A DNA stretch of 64,000 bases from assembly GCA_035529075.1 (NCBI GenBank), contig DATKXK010000011.1:64295-128294 (forward strand), in the 5' to 3' direction. The notes below the pieces were generated by a model. That model was not told the origin of the DNA. It made no database searches and worked only from the letters and a program-made list of their open reading frames with translations. Positions 55,280 through 64,000 of this stretch are shown in pieces (the stretch's first letter is position 1; each line of letters opens with the position of its first letter). The position numbers and the translations under genes were made by a program. The stretch is from Acidobacteriota bacterium. Lineage in GTDB: Bacteria > Zixibacteria > MSB-5A5 > GN15 > FEB-12.

Positions 55280-55323
55280 CCCCGTGTGGAACCCGGCGGC
55301 GCCGGGTCACACGGGGCTTTTTT
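55280..55323 (+). terminator. Rho-independent terminator
   Basis: CCCCGTGTG..ACCCGG-cggcg-CCGGGT-CACACGGGG then CTTTTTT. Confidence 0.75.
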
Positions 55324-55422
55324 GTCCTGAATCTCACACCGAAAATGATTGCCCTGACCGCCGGCCCGGCTGTATAATTATTTGTCAAATAACTAATTAG
55401 CTCCTTTTGACGGCGGCACGGC

Positions 55423-56649
55423 GTGAGTTTTGAAAGCTACATTGCGCGGCGGTATTTTAGTTCCGGGAGATACTTTATATCCGTCTCGACCTGGATTACG
55501 ATAGTCGGCGTGACCCTTGGGGTCGCCGTGGTGTGCTTTGTCATGTCCATGCACAACGGGTTTGAGGCGGAGATAAGGTCCCGTCTTCTCGGGACAACGT
55601 CACACATCTCGGTGTTCCCCCTCGGTGATCCGTACATTACGGACTACCGGCAAGTCGTTCGACAGTTGGAGACGGCCGACGGCGTACTGGCGGCCTCTCC
55701 CTTTATTTACTCCAAGGCGGCGATTCAATCGGCCTCGACCGGAGACGGCATTATTGTGCGGGGCATTGACCCGGACCTGGAGCGCCGTACGGCCAACATC
55801 GCCGACGATATCAAGCTCGGCACCTACACCTTCGAAGAGAAGGTCATCAACGGTGATACCCTGCCCGGGATCATACTCGGCCGGGGCCTGGCCGGCCGGC
55901 TGGGTGTCTTTATCGCCCAGCCCGTGGTGCTTTATTCCATGAGCGGCGAGGATCTGCAAAGGAACAGCCGCCCCCGTGTAAAGAAGTTTTACGTTTCCGC
56001 GCTCTTTGAAACCGGCATGTTCGAGTTTGACGGCCAGCAGGCATACATTTCACTGACCGACGCGCAGGAGCTGTTCCGCGTGGGTGATGCCGTGACTGCG
56101 GTTCACCTGAAGCTTACGGACATCTACCGGGCGAGCGAACTGGCCCCCGTCATCGATTCGTTGCTCGGGTTTCAATACGACATCGTGCCCTGGAACGTTC
56201 TGCATCAGAACCTCTTCTCCTGGATCGCCTTCGAAAAAAAGATTCTCTTTCTGGGGTTTATTTTGATTGTCATTGTCGCCGCCTTCTCAATTATCTCCAC
56301 CCTGGTCATGCTGACCATGGAGAAGCGGGCGGAGATCGGAATACTCAAGACCCTGGGCACGACTCCCCGGTCGGTGCGGCGGATTTTCGTTTACAAGGGG
56401 CTTTTGATAGCCCTCCTGGGAATGCTGGGAGGCTGGGGCCTCGCCCTGCTGGCGGCCTACGTTCAGAACCGGTTCCGGCTTATCTCTCTGCCGGCGGACA
56501 TTTACTTCATCAGCTACCTGCCGATCGAGACCCACCTGGTCGATTTCGTTCTGGCCGGGTTAGCCACGTTCCTTATCTGCTACCTGGCGGCTTTGTACCC
56601 CGCCGGTCAGGCGGCGCGGCTGTCGGTGATAGAGGTACTCAGGGAGTGA
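55423..56649 (+). CDS. lolE: Lipoprotein-releasing system permease (LolC/LolE, FtsX family)
   Basis: IARRYF start, MacB-type periplasmic domain, C-terminal FtsX 3-TM with MEKRAEIGILKTLG. Confidence 0.85.
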   Translation: MSFESYIARRYFSSGRYFISVSTWITIVGVTLGVAVVCFVMSMHNGFEAEIRSRLLGTTSHISVFPLGDPYITDYRQVVRQLETADGVLAASPFIYSKAAIQSASTGDGIIVRGIDPDLERRTANIADDIKLGTYTFEEKVINGDTLPGIILGRGLAGRLGVFIAQPVVLYSMSGEDLQRNSRPRVKKFYVSALFETGMFEFDGQQAYISLTDAQELFRVGDAVTAVHLKLTDIYRASELAPVIDSLLGFQYDIVPWNVLHQNLFSWIAFEKKILFLGFILIVIVAAFSIISTLVMLTMEKRAEIGILKTLGTTPRSVRRIFVYKGLLIALLGMLGGWGLALLAAYVQNRFRLISLPADIYFISYLPIETHLVDFVLAGLATFLICYLAALYPAGQAARLSVIEVLRE

Positions 56650-56721
56650 GTTTGTGAAACAGGCCGGTTTTGCTAAAACTTTGGGCAAATGTGGCGAAAT
56701 TAGTAGTGTGGGTAGTAATAT

Positions 56722-57429
56722 ATGGGATATGCTCAGCGACTGAACATGGAACGTACTGACCCCATTCTGTCCGCCGAGGACATACACCGTGAGTTTAAAA
56801 CCACCGATGGGATTCTCCCGGTGCTCAAGGGGATCACGCTGGAGGTGAAAAGGGGACAAATGGCCGTGGTGACCGGGGCCTCCGGGGTGGGGAAATCCAC
56901 CCTCCTTCACATCCTCGGCGGCCTGGACCGGCCGACAGAGGGCTCGGTCCGAATCGGCAACGTCTCGTTTGGCGGGAAGTCCGAAGAGGTGCTGGCCAGA
57001 TTCCGCAACGAAAACGTCGGTTTTGTGTTTCAGCACCACTATCTTCTGGAGGATTTCAGTGCCCTTGAGAACGTGATGATTCCCTTGCTTCTGGCCGGTT
57101 ACGCGCGGTCCGAGGCCTGCCGCAGAGGGGAACAACTACTGCAAGACGTAGGTTTAATAGATAGAAAGTCGCATCGTCCGCGGGAGTTGTCGGGTGGTGA
57201 GCGACAGCGGGTAGCGGTAGCGCGTGCGCTGGCCAATGACCCCGAGATCGTTCTGGCTGATGAGCCCTCGGGAAACCTTGACAGTGCCACCGGCCGCGTT
57301 CTGCACGAGCTGCTGTGCCGACTCAACGTCGAGAAAGCGACGAGCCTTCTGATTGCCACCCACAACCGTGAACTGGCCGACATGTGCGAGCGGGAATTCA
57401 GGATGGTGGACGGGCGGCTGGCCGAGTGA
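56722..57429 (+). CDS. lolD: Lipoprotein-releasing system ATP-binding protein
   Basis: GASGVGKST, LSGGERQRVAVARAL, LADEPSGNLD; possible later start at 56746. Confidence 0.88.
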   Translation: MGYAQRLNMERTDPILSAEDIHREFKTTDGILPVLKGITLEVKRGQMAVVTGASGVGKSTLLHILGGLDRPTEGSVRIGNVSFGGKSEEVLARFRNENVGFVFQHHYLLEDFSALENVMIPLLLAGYARSEACRRGEQLLQDVGLIDRKSHRPRELSGGERQRVAVARALANDPEIVLADEPSGNLDSATGRVLHELLCRLNVEKATSLLIATHNRELADMCEREFRMVDGRLAE

Positions 57430-57450
57430 CGATGCGAGGGTAAGAGAAAA

Positions 57451-57978
57451 ATGCTCTGTCAGGACTGCAAAAAACGAGAAGCGACGGTTCACCTGACGCA
57501 GATCGTGAACAACGAGAAACTGGCCCTGTCACTCTGCAAGGAGTGCGCGGCGGCTCGGGGTTTTCATTCGCCCCTGGACAACGTGCCGTTTCCCCTGGCG
57601 GAGATACTGTCCGGGCTGGCCAAGAACATCGCGCCCGCCCGCGCAGGAGAGACGGCCGAAGACCTCGTGTGCAAGTCGTGCGGCCTTTCGTTCGACGATT
57701 TCACGCGCCAGGGCCGGTTCGGCTGCGGCGAATGCTACGCCAGCTTCCGTCCCCGGCTTGAGTTTATCATGCGCAAGATTCACGGTGCCTCGCTTCATAG
57801 GGGAAGAAACCCCGAACAGGTTGCCTCGGCCGAAGAGGCGGCCCTGCCGATCAAGGAAGAGGAACGGCTCGAGACCGAACTGAGAAAGGCCATTGAGTCG
57901 GAAGAGTTCGAACGTGCCGCAGAGTTGCGTGACAAGTTGCAGGCGGTTCGTGACAGCATGGCGGCTGGCACCAAGTAG
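57451..57978 (+). CDS. mcsA: Protein-arginine kinase activator (UvrB/C-motif protein)
   Basis: CQDC...CKEC and CKSC...CGEC zinc-finger pairs; C-terminal UVR motif EEFERAAELRDKLQ. Confidence 0.85.
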   Translation: MLCQDCKKREATVHLTQIVNNEKLALSLCKECAAARGFHSPLDNVPFPLAEILSGLAKNIAPARAGETAEDLVCKSCGLSFDDFTRQGRFGCGECYASFRPRLEFIMRKIHGASLHRGRNPEQVASAEEAALPIKEEERLETELRKAIESEEFERAAELRDKLQAVRDSMAAGTK

Positions 57979-57998
57979 AGGGTAGAAAGTTGGGAACG

Positions 57999-59054
57999 AT
58001 GTTTGAGGAAATGGCCAAATCACCGGCCGCCTGGCTCTCGGGCAGGGGGAACGAAGCCTTGGTCGTGCTCTCGACCAGGGTCCGTCTCGCCCGCAACGTG
58101 GCCGGTTGCAGGTTCCCCACCACCGCGGACAGCGAAACAAGGAAACGAGTGGTCGGCTACTTCGATTCTACGCTTGCCCGCTCCGAGTTGCTTTCCGGCT
58201 CGCAGACGTGCAACGCGAGCGACCTGGACGAACTCGACCGCGATTTCTTGGTGGAACGTCACCTGATCTCGCCGGTGTTTTTCGACGGCGACTCGTCCAA
58301 GGCCCTGCTGATCGGGGAGTCGGAGCGGTTGTCTATCATGGTAAACGAAGAGGATCACCTTCGAATCCAGGCTCTTTCGGCGGGCCTTGACCCGGAGGGC
58401 GCCTTCGACCTTGCCATCACGTACGAGTCGGAAATCGGCCGGTATATCGAGTTTGACTACGATCCGGATTTCGGTTTCCTCACGGCCTGCCCGACCAATG
58501 CCGGTACCGGTATGCGGGCCTCGGTGCTCATTCACCTTCCCGGCCTGGTTCTCACCCGGGAGATCGAGAAGGTGGTTTCGCGCATTACCCGAAGCGGCCT
58601 CATCGTGCGCGGCTTCTACGGCGAGGGCTCCGACGTGCTGGGCAACCTGTTCCAGGTTTCCAACCAGAACACGCTGGGCGTGACGGAGCAGGACATTATC
58701 GGCCTGATCTCGCGAATCACGCATGAGATTATCGAGGATGAGGCGATGGCGCGGCAGCGTCTCATTGACGAGGCCCAGGACATGATCGAAGATAAGATCT
58801 GGCGGGCCTACGGTATTCTCAAGCACGCGCGCGTGCTCACGTCCGACGAGGTTATGAACTTGCTCTCGGCGGTCAGGCTCGGCCATGCCATGAAGATCAT
58901 TGATTTCCTTGATATCGCCCTGATTAACGAGATTCTGCTGGTGTCACAGCCGGCCCACCTTCAGAAGTATTACGGCCACGAGATGGATCACGGCAAACGC
59001 GATTTCGTCAGAGCGCAGATGGTGCGTGAAAAATTCCGGAACACGGAGCAATAG
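57999..59054 (+). CDS. mcsB: Protein arginine kinase (ATP:guanido phosphotransferase)
   Basis: NEEDHLRIQ, CPTNAGTGMRAS, RGFYGEGS. Confidence 0.9.
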   Translation: MFEEMAKSPAAWLSGRGNEALVVLSTRVRLARNVAGCRFPTTADSETRKRVVGYFDSTLARSELLSGSQTCNASDLDELDRDFLVERHLISPVFFDGDSSKALLIGESERLSIMVNEEDHLRIQALSAGLDPEGAFDLAITYESEIGRYIEFDYDPDFGFLTACPTNAGTGMRASVLIHLPGLVLTREIEKVVSRITRSGLIVRGFYGEGSDVLGNLFQVSNQNTLGVTEQDIIGLISRITHEIIEDEAMARQRLIDEAQDMIEDKIWRAYGILKHARVLTSDEVMNLLSAVRLGHAMKIIDFLDIALINEILLVSQPAHLQKYYGHEMDHGKRDFVRAQMVREKFRNTEQ

Positions 59055-59126
59055 GCGCGTGTTTTGGTTCTTGCAGGAATTGTGCGTCGATATTATATTT
59101 TTACAGAGGGAAAAAGGTGATTTGAG

Positions 59127-61574
59127 ATGAATGAGATGTTTACGGAGGCAGCTCGCAAAGCAATCGAATATGCCCGTGATGAGGCCTCGCGTCTGAGGCA
59201 CGATTATATCGGGACGGAACATCTCCTGCTGGGGCTCATTCGACTCGGTGAGGGCCACGCGGTGGAGATCATCGCCAACCTCGGCCTGGACATCGAGGAT
59301 CTCAAGGCGTCCATCGAGGAAGTGGTGCAACCCTCCGGCGGCACCATGACGATGGGTCAGCTCCCCCTGACCGCCCGGGCCAAGAAAACGCTCGAGGTCT
59401 CCGGGCAGGAGGCCCGCGCCCTGAAGTCCAAGGACATCGATACCGAGCACTTGTTGCTGGCCCTGCTCAAGGACGAGGAGGGGGTTGCCGCTCAGGTCCT
59501 TTCCACGTACGAGATCGACTACAAGGAAGCCTATGAAGAGCTGAAGAACATCCAGGGCGGCAAACCGTCAGCCTTCAAGAAAAAGCGCAAGAAGTCCAAG
59601 ACACCGGCCCTGGATCACTTCGGGCGGGACCTTACGGAACTGGCGCGGCGCGGGAAACTTGATCCCATTATCGGTCGGGAGAACGAGATTGAACGCGTCT
59701 GCCAGGTGCTCTCGCGTCGCAAGAAGAACAACCCGGTGCTGATAGGTGAACCGGGCGTCGGCAAGACCGCCATCGCCGAGGGCCTGGCCCAGAAGATCGT
59801 CGAAGGAAACGTGCCGCAGACGCTGGAGAACAAGCGCGTAGTTACGCTTGACATGGCCTCGCTGGTGGCCGGGACCAAGTACCGCGGGCAGTTCGAGGAG
59901 CGGCTCAAGGCCGTCATGAACGAAATCATCAACGCCGACGACGTGATCATTTTCATTGATGAATTGCACACCATAGTCGGCGCCGGCGGTGCCGAGGGTT
60001 CGCTTGACGCCTCGAATATCTTCAAACCGTCGCTGTCCCGAGGGGAGTTGCGCTGCATCGGCGCTACCACCCTCAACGAGTACCGCAAGTATATCGAGAA
60101 GGACGGCGCCCTGGAACGGCGCTTCCAGACGGTGATGGTGGAGCCTCCCTCCGAGCAGGATACCATCAACATTCTCATGGGCCTGCGACCCAAGTACGAA
60201 GAGCATCACAAGCTGCACATATCGGATGAAGCGATCGAAACGTCGGTGCGACTTTCGAACCGGTACGTCTCCGGGAAATACCAGCCCGACAAGGCGATCG
60301 ACCTGGTCGACGAAGCGGCCTCCCGGGCGCACCTGTCCACCTACACGCGCCCGGACGAGTTCGCCGAGATAGAGAGCCGGCTGACCGAGTTGCAGGGTCG
60401 GAAGGAGCAGGCGGTTAAGAACCAGGCCTTCGAAACGGCTGCCCAGTTGCGTGACGAAATCAAGGCGGAAAAGGAGAAGCTATCGGCGCTTCAGAAGGAC
60501 TGGGAAGAGCAGCGGGAGAGGGACAAGGTCATCCTGACGGCCGATGACGTCGCCTGCGTTCTGGCGAAGATAACCGGTATTCCGCTGTTCCGGCTCGAGG
60601 AGAAGGAATCCCAGCGCCTGCTTCGCATGGAGGACGAGGTTCGCAAGATGATCGTGGGTCAGGATGAAGCCATCAGCCGGCTGGCCAAGGCTATACGTCG
60701 AGCCCGCGCCGGGCTTGGCGACCCGCGCCGACCCATCGGCACGTTCCTGTTTCTCGGCCCCACGGGCGTTGGCAAGACCGAGCTGGCGCGGACGCTCGCC
60801 ACGTTCCTTTTTGACGACGTTGAGTCGCTCATTCGGATCGACATGTCCGAGTACATGGAGAAGTTCGCCGTTTCGCGTCTCATCGGCGCCCCGCCGGGCT
60901 ACGTCGGGTACGAGGAGGGCGGCCAGTTGACTGAAAAAGTGCGCCGGAAACCGTACTCGGTGGTGCTTCTGGACGAGATCGAAAAGGCACATCCGGACGT
61001 GTACAATATTCTGTTGCAGCTGTTTGACGACGGGGCCCTGACGGACTCGTTCGGTCGCAGGGTCGATTTCAAGAATACGGTCGTGATTATGACCTCGAAT
61101 ATCGGCACCAAGCAGTTGCGCGACGGCAAGACGGTCGGCTTTGACGCCGATAAGGTCGACAGTTCGTTCGAAGGTATGAAGAAGAAGATCATGGACGAGG
61201 TGCGGAAGATCTTCAACCCGGAACTGCTCAACCGGATCGACGAGACGATCATTTTCAACCATCTGGACAGAGAGCATATCAAGCAGATTATCGCTATACT
61301 GGTTGTCGACATTGCCCGGCAACTGGCCGAAAAAGGGATCAGTTTCAGTCTCTCCGACGAGGCCAGGGATTTCCTGGCCGCAAAGGGGTACGATCCTTCG
61401 TACGGCGCCCGGCCGCTGAAACGGGCGGTGCGGCGGTACCTGGAGGACCCGCTGGCGGAGGAAATCCTTCGCGGTCAGTATGGCGGGGACTGCGACCTCG
61501 TCATCGGTGCGGCCGAGGACAAGCTGGTCTTCACCTTCAATACCTCTTCTCAAGAGAGGGAAAGAGTCGGCTGA
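59127..61574 (+). CDS. clpC: ATP-dependent Clp protease ATP-binding subunit ClpC
   Basis: Two Clp_N repeats, GEPGVGKT and GPTGVGKT Walker A motifs, UVR linker [10 protein letters not shown]; 815 aa. Confidence 0.95.
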   Translation: MNEMFTEAARKAIEYARDEASRLRHDYIGTEHLLLGLIRLGEGHAVEIIANLGLDIEDLKASIEEVVQPSGGTMTMGQLPLTARAKKTLEVSGQEARALKSKDIDTEHLLLALLKDEEGVAAQVLSTYEIDYKEAYEELKNIQGGKPSAFKKKRKKSKTPALDHFGRDLTELARRGKLDPIIGRENEIERVCQVLSRRKKNNPVLIGEPGVGKTAIAEGLAQKIVEGNVPQTLENKRVVTLDMASLVAGTKYRGQFEERLKAVMNEIINADDVIIFIDELHTIVGAGGAEGSLDASNIFKPSLSRGELRCIGATTLNEYRKYIEKDGALERRFQTVMVEPPSEQDTINILMGLRPKYEEHHKLHISDEAIETSVRLSNRYVSGKYQPDKAIDLVDEAASRAHLSTYTRPDEFAEIESRLTELQGRKEQAVKNQAFETAAQLRDEIKAEKEKLSALQKDWEEQRERDKVILTADDVACVLAKITGIPLFRLEEKESQRLLRMEDEVRKMIVGQDEAISRLAKAIRRARAGLGDPRRPIGTFLFLGPTGVGKTELARTLATFLFDDVESLIRIDMSEYMEKFAVSRLIGAPPGYVGYEEGGQLTEKVRRKPYSVVLLDEIEKAHPDVYNILLQLFDDGALTDSFGRRVDFKNTVVIMTSNIGTKQLRDGKTVGFDADKVDSSFEGMKKKIMDEVRKIFNPELLNRIDETIIFNHLDREHIKQIIAILVVDIARQLAEKGISFSLSDEARDFLAAKGYDPSYGARPLKRAVRRYLEDPLAEEILRGQYGGDCDLVIGAAEDKLVFTFNTSSQERERVG

Positions 61575-61780
61575 CCGGCCGCCGGGCGGGGATAACTTGC
61601 GAGCGCGCACGGTCGGATCGTCCCGGTCCGACCGCTTGCTTTTGGGGTTCGGCAGGCCCGGCCGGAGAGAACGGGCAAAAGGTGTTGCGAAAAATCCGAT
61701 ATGTATTATACTTGGGGCCCGGCCGGAACCGGCCGGCTGATATGCAGTTTGTGTCAACGTGCTGACGGTAGAGGTTTGAT

Positions 61781-62062
61781 ATGGCTCATAAAAAAGGTGT
61801 AGGTTCTTCCAAGAATGGCCGCGATTCAAATGCCCAGCGACGGGGCACCAAAGTTTACGGCGGCCAGGCCGTATCGGCCGGTTCAATCATTGTCCGCCAG
61901 CTCGGCACGCCCATCAGGCCCGGCCTCAATGTCGGCATGGGCTCGGACTTCACCCTGTTCGCCAAAGTTGACGGCGTCGTGACGTTTGAGCGCGTCGGTC
62001 GGAGAGGAAAACGGGTGTCCGTATACCCGGCCGGAGAGGCAGCTCTCCTGGCCAGAGCCTGA
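61781..62062 (+). CDS. rpmA: 50S ribosomal protein L27
   Basis: [16 protein letters not shown]...RQRGT-like core, 93 aa. Confidence 0.97.
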   Translation: MAHKKGVGSSKNGRDSNAQRRGTKVYGGQAVSAGSIIVRQLGTPIRPGLNVGMGSDFTLFAKVDGVVTFERVGRRGKRVSVYPAGEAALLARA

Positions 62063-62194
62063 GCCGGGCGGTAAATCAAGTTTGCCCGTAAGCGTCGTCG
62101 AGCGCGGAATTCGACGGCGTTTTCTTATTGCCTGCCGGACTGAACGCGCACATATTTGACCAGTTCAGGCACATATCCAGGAGAGGTTCCGGCA

Positions 62195-63502
62195 TTGTAT
62201 ATCAAACTGGTTAGATCGATTATCCTGCTTTCGACGTGGACAGCTCTTGGCATCGTCGCGTTTTCACCCGGAAGCAGCGCCCGGGCTCTCGGCGACAGCG
62301 CCGGCACGGCCGACCGGCCGGCAGCCGTTGATACGGCAACCGGAGCGGTGACGGCCGAAACGCCGGGAGAGCCGGCCTACCCCCTGTCACCGGAACGGTA
62401 CGAGAAGCTGGTTTCGTATTCGCGCCTGAATCAGGTCTGGCTTTTTGTCGAGTTTCTTGTCGGCATAGCTACGCTGGCCATAATCCTGGTCAGCGGGTTG
62501 TCGGCCAGGTTTCGTGACTGGGCTTCACGGCTTCGGCTCCGCTTCTTCGTGATCTGGGCCTTCCTTGCCCTGGTCCTGGTCGCTGACTACCTGCTGGGCT
62601 TTCCCGTACATGTATACCGAAGTTTCTTTGTGGAGAGCGGCTACGGTTTCATGAACCAGACGTTTCTTCAGTGGTTGACGGATGATCTCCTGCAACTGCT
62701 GGTCCTGATTGTCGTGGCCGCGGTGCCGGTCTGGTTCTTTTACTGGCTGGTGCAGAAGACCCGCATGTGGTGGCTGGTGTTCACCATTGGCGCGACTCCG
62801 ATACTCGTGTTTGTCATCGTGATTGCGCCGCTGGTGATAGATCCCCTTTTCAATGAGTTTACGCCCCTGAAGGACACGGTGCTGGAATCGGAAATCATGA
62901 CACTGGCCGAGCGGGGCGGGGTCGAGGGGTCGAATATCTTTGAAGTCAATGCTTCGCGCCAGTCTTCCAAGGTGAGCGCCTACATGACCGGGCTGTTCGG
63001 TTCACGACGGATAGTCCTCTACGACAACCTGCTGAAGAATCTCAGCCACGACGAGATTCAGTTCGTGGTGGGTCACGAGATGGGGCACTACGTCATGGAC
63101 CATCTCTGGCAGGGCATCGGGTTGCTGATCCTCTTTCTCCTGTTCACGTCGTGGCTGGTCAGCAGGACGATTCACCGGGTTATCGCCCGCTTCAGCAGTC
63201 GGTTCAGGTTCGACCGCCTCTCGGATATCGCCTCACTGCCGCTGGTCCTTATTTTTCTGCTGGTTATCTCCTTTGTGGCCCAGCCGGTTACGAACGGGTT
63301 CGGAAGGTACGTCGAATCTCAGGCCGACAAGTACGCCATGGACATCACGGGCGTCTCCGGCGAGACGGCCGCCGTGGCTTTTGACAAGCTGGCGGTCTAT
63401 AATCTGTCGGACCCCGACCCACCTTCCTTCATAGAGTTCTGGTTCTACAATCACCCGTCGCTGAAAAAACGGATGGAGTTTGTCCGGAACTACCGTCCGT
63501 GA
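62195..63502 (+). CDS. M48 (Ste24-like) zinc metalloprotease, membrane
   Basis: HEMGHYVMDH zinc motif, multiple TM segments. A TTG start at 62195 after GGAGAGG is inferred; the track start is 62156. Confidence 0.8.
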   Translation: MYIKLVRSIILLSTWTALGIVAFSPGSSARALGDSAGTADRPAAVDTATGAVTAETPGEPAYPLSPERYEKLVSYSRLNQVWLFVEFLVGIATLAIILVSGLSARFRDWASRLRLRFFVIWAFLALVLVADYLLGFPVHVYRSFFVESGYGFMNQTFLQWLTDDLLQLLVLIVVAAVPVWFFYWLVQKTRMWWLVFTIGATPILVFVIVIAPLVIDPLFNEFTPLKDTVLESEIMTLAERGGVEGSNIFEVNASRQSSKVSAYMTGLFGSRRIVLYDNLLKNLSHDEIQFVVGHEMGHYVMDHLWQGIGLLILFLLFTSWLVSRTIHRVIARFSSRFRFDRLSDIASLPLVLIFLLVISFVAQPVTNGFGRYVESQADKYAMDITGVSGETAAVAFDKLAVYNLSDPDPPSFIEFWFYNHPSLKKRMEFVRNYRP

Positions 63503-63647
63503 AGCCTCGGGCAGTCCGGCAATACATCGGTCGGTCGCGGCCGGCCAGATCCGCGTCCGCACTCCCGAATCTGACTTGAACTCTTAAGGAGAAAGTGTAT
63601 ATTTAGCCGACGTATGTGAAATTCGTAACAAGCTGGGAGGGTGTGCG

Positions 63648-64000
63648 ATGGACTTCCGTATAGAGACGGATTCAATGGGGGAAATCAAGGTTCAGGCGGA
63701 CCGGTACTGGGGTGCTCAGACCCAGCGGTCGCTGCATCATTTCAAAATCGGCGGTGAGAGAATGCCCCGGGAGCTAATCCGGGCCATGGGGATTCTCAAG
63801 AAGGCGGCGGTGCTGGTAAACCACGACCTGGGACTCCTGCCGAAGGACAAGGCTGACCTGATCGTCAAGGCGGCCGACGAGGTCATAGAGGGTAAACTGG
63901 ACGATCACTTTCCGCTGGTCATCTGGCAGACCGGTTCCGGCACCCAGACCAACATGAACAGCAACGAGGTGATTTCCAACCGGGCGATTGAGCTTGCCGG
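63648..64000 (+). CDS. fumC: Fumarate hydratase class II (3' end truncated by window)
   Basis: [25 protein letters not shown]...[12 protein letters not shown]; the frame runs to the window end. Confidence 0.9.
   Translation, partial: MDFRIETDSMGEIKVQADRYWGAQTQRSLHHFKIGGERMPRELIRAMGILKKAAVLVNHDLGLLPKDKADLIVKAADEVIEGKLDDHFPLVIWQTGSGTQTNMNSNEVISNRAIELA

Overview
High-GC bacterial chromosomal segment: typical coding lines hand-count to about 60-65% GC. It is densely coded, with about 70 genes and no rRNA, CRISPR array, transposase or integrase. The organism looks like a diderm, because the window carries kdsA-kdsC-kdsD, an LpxL-like acyltransferase, lptC and lolE/lolD. It may belong to an uncultivated FCB-like lineage, but that guess is low confidence.

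Housekeeping genes: engB, purA, two tRNA-Lys, queC-queE-queD with convergent queF, an icd-like dehydrogenase, coaD, lysS, rpmA, fumC (3' end cut by the window) and mcsA-mcsB-clpC.

Envelope and EPS genes: an O-antigen-ligase-like protein, an exosortase-EpsI-UbiA-lipoprotein operon, gmd with an rmd-like reductase and a nucleotide-sugar dehydrogenase, and an HD-GYP/HEAT pair.

Signals worth a second look:
1. A TPR-type sigma-54 activator is followed by a near-consensus sigma-54 promoter. That promoter would drive a roughly 105-nt terminated transcript (candidate sRNA or leader) just upstream of an orphan BMC-H shell protein fused to a Pro-rich, Rho_N/SAP-like tail.
2. A tdh...kbl pair is split by a dedicated PPTase, an AcsA-like ligase and a carrier protein, then followed by a low-GC ORF with an Rx4H motif and an SDR.
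3. An AT-rich islet (about 33.9-36.4 kb) holds two tandem tRNA-like genes with Gly and Ala identity. In both, the anticodon core is shifted by one position within the loop. The islet also holds a 43-aa ORF with a very strong SD behind a structured leader.
4. An exosortase operon includes a polyprenyl-phosphate (UbiA-type) transferase, and no PEP-CTERM substrate is present in the window.
5. Two odd small proteins: an Arg-rich Myb-like protein and a Trp/Tyr-zipper-like secreted protein with an exact 31-aa internal duplication.

Many long ORFs in the track are antisense shadows of real genes, which is typical of high-GC DNA, and were not called.
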